From Anaerolineae bacterium (GTDB lineage: Bacteria > Chloroflexota > Anaerolineae > UBA1429), in NCBI GenBank assembly GCA_034436315.1, contig DAOTVR010000059.1:1-50070 (forward strand): DNA of 50,070 nucleotides. Direction: 5' to 3'. A program made the position numbers and the translations under genes. The notes below the pieces were generated by a model, which saw only the letters and a list, made by a program, of their open reading frames with translations, did not search any database and had not been told where the DNA came from. The first letter of the stretch is position 1, and every line of letters begins with the position of its first letter. Below, piece after piece: positions 44,253 to 50,070 of this stretch.

Positions 44253-47069
44253 ATGAAGAAGAGCCCGACGCGCAAGTACGTGCCAAGAGAGATTGAGGCC
44301 AAGTGGCAGAAGCGCTGGGAGGAGACCGGCCTATACAAGACCGTTGAGGATCCGACGCGGCCCAAGCATTATGCGTTGACGATGTTGCCTTATACGTCGG
44401 GGGATCTCCATATCGGCCATTGGTACGCCATGGCCCCTTCTGACGCGAGGGCGCGTTTCATGCGTATGAACGGCTATAATGTCTTTTTCCCCGTTGGGTT
44501 CGATGCCTTCGGCTTGCCGGCGGAGAACGCCGCCATCCAGCATGGCATCCACCCCAAGAAGTGGACCATGGACAACATCGAGCGCATGCGCAAGCAGCTT
44601 CGCTCCATGGGCGCTATGTGGGCTTGGGATCGTGAGGTGATCACGTGTTTGCCCGGCTATTACAAGTGGACGGAGTGGTTCTTCTTAAAGTTCTATGAGA
44701 TGGGCCTGGCTTACAGGAAGAAAGCTCCGGTGGACTTTTGCCCCAAGTGCAACACCACACTGGCGCGCGAGCAGGTTTGGGGCGAGGATCGCCATTGTGA
44801 GCGCTGTGGCACGCCGGTGATTAAGAAGGAGCTGGAGCAGTGGTTCTTTCGCATCACCAAGTACGCCCAGGAGCTGTTGGATGGTCTAGATAAGATCGAC
44901 TGGCCCGAGCGGGTCAAGGTCATGCAGCGCAACTGGATCGGGCGTAGCGAAGGCGCGCAGGTGACCTTCCGTTCGGAGATGGGCGACGAGATTGAGGTCT
45001 TTACCACACGCCCCGATACCCTTTGGGGGGCGACCTTCATGGTCTTGGCCCCTGAGCACCCCTTGGTGGACAAGCTGGCCGCGCCGGATTGCCGGGCGAG
45101 TGTGGAGGAGTACAAGTATCAGGCCGCACGGCAAAGCGAGATCGACCGCCTGTCTACGGAAAAGGAGAAGACGGGTGTCTTTATCGGGGCCTATGCCGTT
45201 AATCCCGTGAATGGAGCGCGCATCCCCATCTGGATCGCCGACTATGTGATGATGACGTATGGTACGGGCGCGATCATGGGCGTTCCGGCGCATGACGAAC
45301 GCGATTTTGCGTTCGCTCTCAAATACGGCTTGCCGGTTATCCCGGTTATCGATCGCCCTGATGGCTTGGCCAAGAGCTTGGTGCTTAAGGAATCGGTTCA
45401 GCCGGACTTTGCCCAGCAGCTAGCGGCCATAGGCGTCGCCAGCGAGGAGGATGGCGTTTTCTGGTGCGTTACGTTACAGGGCGATGAACAGGTGGAGCGC
45501 TACGTGACCCTGGTGCGGCAACAGCTTAAGGACGGCTATTGGGTGGATGTCGTGGGCAGAAAGTGGCTGTTCATCTTTCGTGATGGCCTGATGAGCCTGG
45601 ATTCGCCCGCCGCCGACGCGGCTATCCTAAAGCGTTGTCAACAGCTGGCCTCGGGGCTTGGAGAGGGCTTTGAGGGTGTGCGCCGCGCGCGCACGACGAT
45701 GGAGATGCTCCATAGCGTAGCATGGTATCGCGACGTGTTGTTCCATGCCGAGTTCGGCACGATGGTCCATTCGGGTGAGTTTAGCGGCACTCCGGGCGAT
45801 AAAGCCAAGGACGCGGTGACGCGCTGGCTGGAGCAGAAAGGGCTGGGGCATGCGGAGGTGAACTATCGGCTGCGCGACTGGCTGATCAGCCGGCAGCGTT
45901 ACTGGGGTGCGCCGATCCCGATCATCTATTGTGATCGTTGTGGTATCGTCCCCGTCCCTTATGAGGACCTGCCGGTGCTTTTACCCGATGATGCCGAGTT
46001 CATGCCCACGGGTGAATCTCCGCTCAAATATCATCAGGGGTTCCTGAACACGACTTGTCCCAAGTGTGGGGGGCCGGCCAAGCGTGAGACCGATACCATG
46101 GATACCTTCATGTGCTCTTCCTGGTATCACTATGCTTACATTAGCCCTTATTACGAGGGCGACGTTCCTTTTGACCCTGTTAAGGGTAAATATTGGCTGC
46201 CTGTAGACCAGTACACCGGCGGCGTGGAGCACGCCACAATGCACCTGATTTACACTCGTTTCTTCACCAAGGTGATGCGCGATATGGGCTTGGTGGATTT
46301 CGACGAGCCGATGTTGCGCCTGTTCACCCAGGGGATCATCTTGGGCGAAGACAATGAGAAGATGAGCAAATCGCGGGGCAATGTGGTCAACCCCGATGAC
46401 TATGTCTCCACCCTCGGCGCCGACTCGGTGCGGGCCTTCTTGATGTTCATCGGCCCTTGGGACATGGGAGGGAGTTGGAGTTCAACAGGGATCGAGGGGA
46501 TCTATCGTTTTATCAACCGCATGTGGTCCTTGATCATGGAGAAACGCGAGCAGCCGACCGAGCCCGCGAGTGCCGAGGACCTTAAGGCGCTTCGCCGTAT
46601 GACCCACAAGACGATCAAACGCGTGACGGCCGACTTGCAGGCTTTCAGGTTCAACACGGCACTGGCAGCTTTGATGGAGTTTAACAACTACCTGCTGAAG
46701 GCCAAGGGAAGCAATGTATTCGGCACAGAGGCATGGAATGAGGCGCTGCGTAGTTTGGTGCTCATGTGTGCGCCGATTATGCCCCATGTCTCGGAGGAGC
46801 TCTGGGAAGAGCTGGGGGGCGCTTATAGTGTGCACACGCAGGCTTGGCCTCGCTTTGACGAAGAACTGGCGGCTGATGAAATGGTCACGCTGGTAGTGCA
46901 AGTCAATGGCCGGGTCCGTGCGCGGCTGAACGTGCCGGTCGACATCGCAGCCGAGGAGGCCAAGGCGGCTGCGCTGGCGAGCCCTAACGTGAAGCAATAC
47001 ATCGCCGGCAAAGAGGTGCAGCAGCTCATCTATGTGCCGGGCCGGTTGGTCAACATCGTCGTACGATAG
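44253..47069 (+). CDS. leuS: Leucine--tRNA ligase
   Basis: HIGH motif (DLHIGHW), KMSKS, CP1 editing-domain motifs (TTRPDTLWGATF, GTGAIMGVPAHDERDF), RDWLISRQRYWG. At 938 aa it is long for a bacterial LeuS. Confidence 0.97.
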   Translation: MKKSPTRKYVPREIEAKWQKRWEETGLYKTVEDPTRPKHYALTMLPYTSGDLHIGHWYAMAPSDARARFMRMNGYNVFFPVGFDAFGLPAENAAIQHGIHPKKWTMDNIERMRKQLRSMGAMWAWDREVITCLPGYYKWTEWFFLKFYEMGLAYRKKAPVDFCPKCNTTLAREQVWGEDRHCERCGTPVIKKELEQWFFRITKYAQELLDGLDKIDWPERVKVMQRNWIGRSEGAQVTFRSEMGDEIEVFTTRPDTLWGATFMVLAPEHPLVDKLAAPDCRASVEEYKYQAARQSEIDRLSTEKEKTGVFIGAYAVNPVNGARIPIWIADYVMMTYGTGAIMGVPAHDERDFAFALKYGLPVIPVIDRPDGLAKSLVLKESVQPDFAQQLAAIGVASEEDGVFWCVTLQGDEQVERYVTLVRQQLKDGYWVDVVGRKWLFIFRDGLMSLDSPAADAAILKRCQQLASGLGEGFEGVRRARTTMEMLHSVAWYRDVLFHAEFGTMVHSGEFSGTPGDKAKDAVTRWLEQKGLGHAEVNYRLRDWLISRQRYWGAPIPIIYCDRCGIVPVPYEDLPVLLPDDAEFMPTGESPLKYHQGFLNTTCPKCGGPAKRETDTMDTFMCSSWYHYAYISPYYEGDVPFDPVKGKYWLPVDQYTGGVEHATMHLIYTRFFTKVMRDMGLVDFDEPMLRLFTQGIILGEDNEKMSKSRGNVVNPDDYVSTLGADSVRAFLMFIGPWDMGGSWSSTGIEGIYRFINRMWSLIMEKREQPTEPASAEDLKALRRMTHKTIKRVTADLQAFRFNTALAALMEFNNYLLKAKGSNVFGTEAWNEALRSLVLMCAPIMPHVSEELWEELGGAYSVHTQAWPRFDEELAADEMVTLVVQVNGRVRARLNVPVDIAAEEAKAAALASPNVKQYIAGKEVQQLIYVPGRLVNIVVR

Positions 47070-47091
47070 ACAAGGCGCTTATGCTAGAGGG

Positions 47092-47127
47092 CACCGTGGC
47101 CACTTGAGTGACCACGGTGTTTTTTTG
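47092..47127 (+). terminator. Rho-independent terminator after leuS
   Basis: CACCGTGG-loop-CCACGGTG followed by a T7 run (47120-47127). Confidence 0.75.
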
Positions 47128-47133
47128 TTTTGC

Positions 47134-47162
47134 TTGACAAAAGGGGCAGGCGCCCTTAAAAT
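47134..47162 (+). promoter_or_regulatory. Candidate promoter (TTGACA-17-TAAAAT)
   Basis: Perfect -35 at 47134-47139, 17-nt spacer, TAAAAT at 47157-47162, ~35 nt upstream of the GTG at 47198. Confidence 0.55.
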
Positions 47163-47197
47163 GGGGTTAGAGTAGAGTTCCTCTTGAGAGATGAGCG

Positions 47198-47875
47198 GTG
47201 TTCAAGCAAAGGGTGTTGGGTAGGCTTGGGGCCTTTATCGGGATATCGGCCATCGTCTTGCTTGGCGCTGTGGGGTGCCTGCCGGGCCAGGCTAACCAGC
47301 CGCCTGATCGCTTGATTTATAAGCTGCCCACTGCGTTGACGATCCACGTTGGAGCCGCATTGCCCGGTACCGAGATTCGCTACGAGCGTATGGGCGAAGA
47401 GGGTGCCGAGGTGACCATCAAGGGCCAACAAGCGCTTAAGCGCAAGGGCGATTCGCTTGATTGGAGCGGAAGCCCCGTTCCAGGAGTGTCTGTTGATCTG
47501 CGGCAGCGTGTAGCTTGGTACACTGAAGAGGACTTGCATCTCGTGGGCACGGCCAAGATCGTTGTAGATGGCGTCAAGCCGCAGGCCACAACCCATTCCT
47601 CCACCTCCCCCATCAAGTATACCGGCCCCGTCGTTTACAGTGTGACCAAGGGAAAGTCCATACCGGGTTCAACGGTGATCTTTGAGGACCAGGGCCCGGA
47701 TGGTGTTAAGCTTGGTGGCATCCAGGGATACCCTTATCGAAAGGCGGGCGATTCCATCTTTTGGGAGGGCACATTACGGGAAGGGGTCCATATTCGTCTT
47801 GATGTGCGGGTGTTACAATTTGATGCTAGGGCATTGCGGGTGGGGGGCTTAGTGACCCTTTGGATCGGCTCCTAG
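47198..47875 (+). CDS. Hypothetical lipoprotein
   Basis: GTG start. The signal peptide ends LLGAVGC (lipobox). The mature part is beta-rich. No family recognised. Confidence 0.6.
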   Translation: MFKQRVLGRLGAFIGISAIVLLGAVGCLPGQANQPPDRLIYKLPTALTIHVGAALPGTEIRYERMGEEGAEVTIKGQQALKRKGDSLDWSGSPVPGVSVDLRQRVAWYTEEDLHLVGTAKIVVDGVKPQATTHSSTSPIKYTGPVVYSVTKGKSIPGSTVIFEDQGPDGVKLGGIQGYPYRKAGDSIFWEGTLREGVHIRLDVRVLQFDARALRVGGLVTLWIGS

Positions 47876-47950
47876 CGAGGGCCGGGGTTATTCGGCAAAA
47901 TGAGCACAAGACAGCGCAATCAACAGCAGATTGTTCGCCTTCGTTATGAC

Positions 47951-47978
47951 TTGCGTTTTGCATTGAAGGCGATATAAT
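47951..47978 (+). promoter_or_regulatory. Candidate promoter for rpsA (TTGCGT-16-TATAAT)
   Basis: -35 TTGCGT at 47951-47956, 16-nt spacer, perfect TATAAT at 47973-47978. GGAGG at 48001-48005 precedes the GTG at 48015. Confidence 0.45.
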
Positions 47979-48014
47979 GAATTAACGTTCGGCAAGCCAA
48001 GGAGGACAGGGAGA

Positions 48015-49241
48015 GTGGAGGAACAGGAGATCACAACGTTGTCCAGGGAAGGAGGTGAGGGCAAAGAACAGTCTGGTAACCTATTAGCCGAGCTATTACA
48101 GGAGGAGGGCACACGGGTCTTGCCTGAGCGTGGGCAGGTTATGGAGGGGACGGTCGTCAGCATTAGCCCCACAGAGGTCCTGGTGGATGTGGGTTGCAAG
48201 TCGGAGGGCGTGGTTCCTGCGTGGGATTTGGAGCGTCTCGCGCCCGAGTTTCGCAACTCACTCCGGGTGGGCAGTAAGGTCTCGGTTTGCGTCGTGCGGC
48301 CTGAGGATGCGAGTGGGAATATCGTGTTATCCCTTGCGCGGGCTCAGTTGGAGGATGCTTGGCGAGAGGCGACAAAGCTCTTTGAGTCCAAGGCGATTTT
48401 TGAAGAGGAGGTCGCAGGTTGTAATAAGGGCGGCCTTATCGTCAATGTGGGGCGAGTACGGGGTTTTGTGCCCGCGTCGCAGGTGGTGAGCGTTAACCTG
48501 CCACGGGAAGGAGACGAGGCGGAGCGCGAGAAGCTGCTCGGGGAGTTGGTCGGGAAACGGCTGCGTTTCAAGATCATCGAGTTGGACCGACGACGCAATC
48601 GCCTGATTCTCTCCGAGAGGTTGGCACAGCGCGAGTGGCGTCAGGAGCGCAAAGAGCGGCTGCTTGATGAGTTGCGCGAGGGTGAGATACGGCATGGCAG
48701 GGTGAGCAGCCTGTGCGATTTTGGCGCTTTTATCGATTTGGGCGGGGCCGATGGTTTAGTGCACCTGTCCGAGCTTTCCTGGAGACATGTAGAGCATCCC
48801 AGTGAGGTGCTTCAGGTCGGGCAGGAGGTTGATGTGTATGTCCTGGAAGTGGATAGGGAGAAGCGCCGTATCGCCCTCAGCATCAAGCGGCTGCAAAAAG
48901 AGCCTTGGAGCACGGTGGAGGAGCGCTTCCGGATCGGTCAGCTGGTGACAGGTAAGATCACCAAACTGACCAATTTCGGGGCCTTTGCGCAGATCGATGA
49001 GGGCATCGAGGGGCTTATCCATATCTCGGAGCTGGCGGAGCGGCGGATTAGCCATCCCAGGGAGGTCGTCGCAGAGGGCCAAGAGTTGAGCTTGCGCATC
49101 ATTCGCATTGATGCCAGCAGGCAACGCCTGGGCTTGAGTCTTCGGCGTGTGAGCGAGGAACAGTATTCCGGTGAGTATGACTGGCAGGGGTCCGATCAGC
49201 TCGCGAGCTTGGACTCTGGTGAAGATCGTGGCACTCGGTAG
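48015..49241 (+). CDS. rpsA: 30S ribosomal protein S1 (four S1 domains)
   Basis: Repeated S1 OB-fold motifs: G.V..I....V.VD.G.K.EG.VP, GRVSSLCDFGAFIDLGGADGLVHLSELS, GKITKLTNFGAFAQIDEGIEGLIHISEL. Confidence 0.92.
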   Translation: MEEQEITTLSREGGEGKEQSGNLLAELLQEEGTRVLPERGQVMEGTVVSISPTEVLVDVGCKSEGVVPAWDLERLAPEFRNSLRVGSKVSVCVVRPEDASGNIVLSLARAQLEDAWREATKLFESKAIFEEEVAGCNKGGLIVNVGRVRGFVPASQVVSVNLPREGDEAEREKLLGELVGKRLRFKIIELDRRRNRLILSERLAQREWRQERKERLLDELREGEIRHGRVSSLCDFGAFIDLGGADGLVHLSELSWRHVEHPSEVLQVGQEVDVYVLEVDREKRRIALSIKRLQKEPWSTVEERFRIGQLVTGKITKLTNFGAFAQIDEGIEGLIHISELAERRISHPREVVAEGQELSLRIIRIDASRQRLGLSLRRVSEEQYSGEYDWQGSDQLASLDSGEDRGTR

Positions 49242-49374
49242 GCGAACAAGTCCTGGATGCGGGCTGATCGTCCAGCCACCGGCCCAGAGAGAGATGCTAT
49301 CCTAGGGGGCAGAGAGGCCGGCATTTCCAGGTACGTGGATATCCGGGGCCGCCTTCGGATAGGGAGAAGGATAT

Positions 49375-49415
49375 AACAGGGGGCCGGTGTCGGTAAGATA
49401 CTGCCCCCTGTTTTG
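49375..49415 (+). terminator. Candidate rho-independent terminator after rpsA
   Basis: AACAGGGGGC-18 nt loop-GCCCCCTGTT running into TTTTG. The loop is rather large. Confidence 0.5.
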
Positions 49416-49579
49416 CATTATAGCCTTGGGTTGCTAGTGGAGAGACTGGCAACTTTTGGAGGCCAGAGGCGTAGAATATAATATAGATATAGAGAGTAAA
49501 GCAACTCTCAGGATCCTTGCCCGAGAGGGCAGGATATGGGTTATAGAAGGTTATTGATTGCATGAAAGTAAGGTGAACT

Positions 49580-50070
49580 ATGGCTAGCAAACTTGATCGG
49601 TTTACGAAACGTGCACGTCAGTCCTTGATCATGGCTCAAGAGGAAGCTCGCAGGCTGAATCACAGCTATATCGGGACCGAGCATCTCCTCTTGGGGCTTT
49701 TGCGCGAGGAGGAGGGTATAGCCTCCCGCGTGCTGGTGGATTTGGGCTTGTCGGTGAATCAAGTGCGGCGTGCCGTTGAGCGCATATCGGGCCGAGGGGA
49801 TCGGGTTATCACCAAACTGGAGCTAGCGGAGCAAACGAAGCAGGTTCTTGAGATGGCCGTAGACGAAGCCCGGAGGTTAGGCCATCATTACATCGGCACG
49901 GAGCATTTGTTGTTGGCCCTTGCCCAGGGCCAGGATACGGTCGCCTCGGCCGTCTTGCAGAGCTTGAACATCAATCGCGAGATCGTTCGTCGTAGGGTTC
50001 TAAGCTTGATGCGCCAGGAGTCGTCTCCGGCCGAGGCTCCCCAGCCCCCTCGGAACAGGGAAAAGTCGCT
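49580..50070 (+). CDS. Clp N-terminal (Clp_R repeat) domain protein, ClpC-like, 3' end cut by window edge
   Basis: Not in the ORF track because it runs off the window. My translation from ATG 49580 is open to the end: MASKLDRFTKRARQSLIMAQEEARRLNHSYIGTEHLLLGLL...EARRLGHHYIGTEHLLLALA. These are the two Clp_N repeats. AAGGTG lies upstream. Confidence 0.8.
   Translation, partial: MASKLDRFTKRARQSLIMAQEEARRLNHSYIGTEHLLLGLLREEEGIASRVLVDLGLSVNQVRRAVERISGRGDRVITKLELAEQTKQVLEMAVDEARRLGHHYIGTEHLLLALAQGQDTVASAVLQSLNINREIVRRRVLSLMRQESSPAEAPQPPRNREKS

Noticed and set aside
49242-49590. 97-aa minus-strand ORF and possible ncRNA in the AT-richer 338-nt spacer before the Clp gene
   Set aside because: The ORF overlaps the Clp start and the rpsA terminator and has no SD or homology. 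The region is better explained as terminator plus promoter/leader. I saw no CIRCE or CtsR operator consensus.

Overview
This is a high-GC bacterial chromosomal window. The gene content suggests a Chloroflexota-like organism: archaeal-type mevalonate genes, several GT-C membrane glycosyltransferases and frequent GTG/TTG starts. That assignment is inference only. I support about 38 protein genes and 2 tRNA-Ala genes. I saw no rRNA, CRISPR array, transposase or integrase. Left arm (1-10133): a GT4 gene followed by four tandem GT-C paralogues. Middle: housekeeping genes, namely ybaK, lysC-asd plus a HAD-like gene, a DUF4015 lipoprotein, dnaA, guaA, an NHL membrane protein, tsaD, an alkyltransferase-like gene and selA. 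Region 25286-39086 is a 12-gene, tightly packed minus-strand cluster. It runs from an archaeal-type mevalonate operon (HMGR, HMGCS, thiolase, DUF35, MVK) through GT4 and GT26 glycosyltransferases into the most unusual locus. That locus encodes a DUF2207-like type-I membrane protein whose predicted cytoplasmic C-terminal tail is a (C-H-S-A)n CXXX repeat with 13 Cys and 11 His in 53 aa. An RRE-radical SAM/SPASM maturase starts 12 nt after it, followed by coiled-coil, Zn-ribbon membrane and gluzincin lipoprotein genes. Right arm: DUF4013, cca, an orphan DUF692/MNIO homologue, two tRNA-Ala genes, leuS with an extra ~100-aa segment, a lipoprotein, rpsA and a 3'-truncated Clp N-domain gene. CDS ends are anchored on the supplied ORF track. 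Start codons were refined by Shine-Dalgarno and overlap logic and remain uncertain by a few codons. Promoter and terminator calls come from motif reading only.
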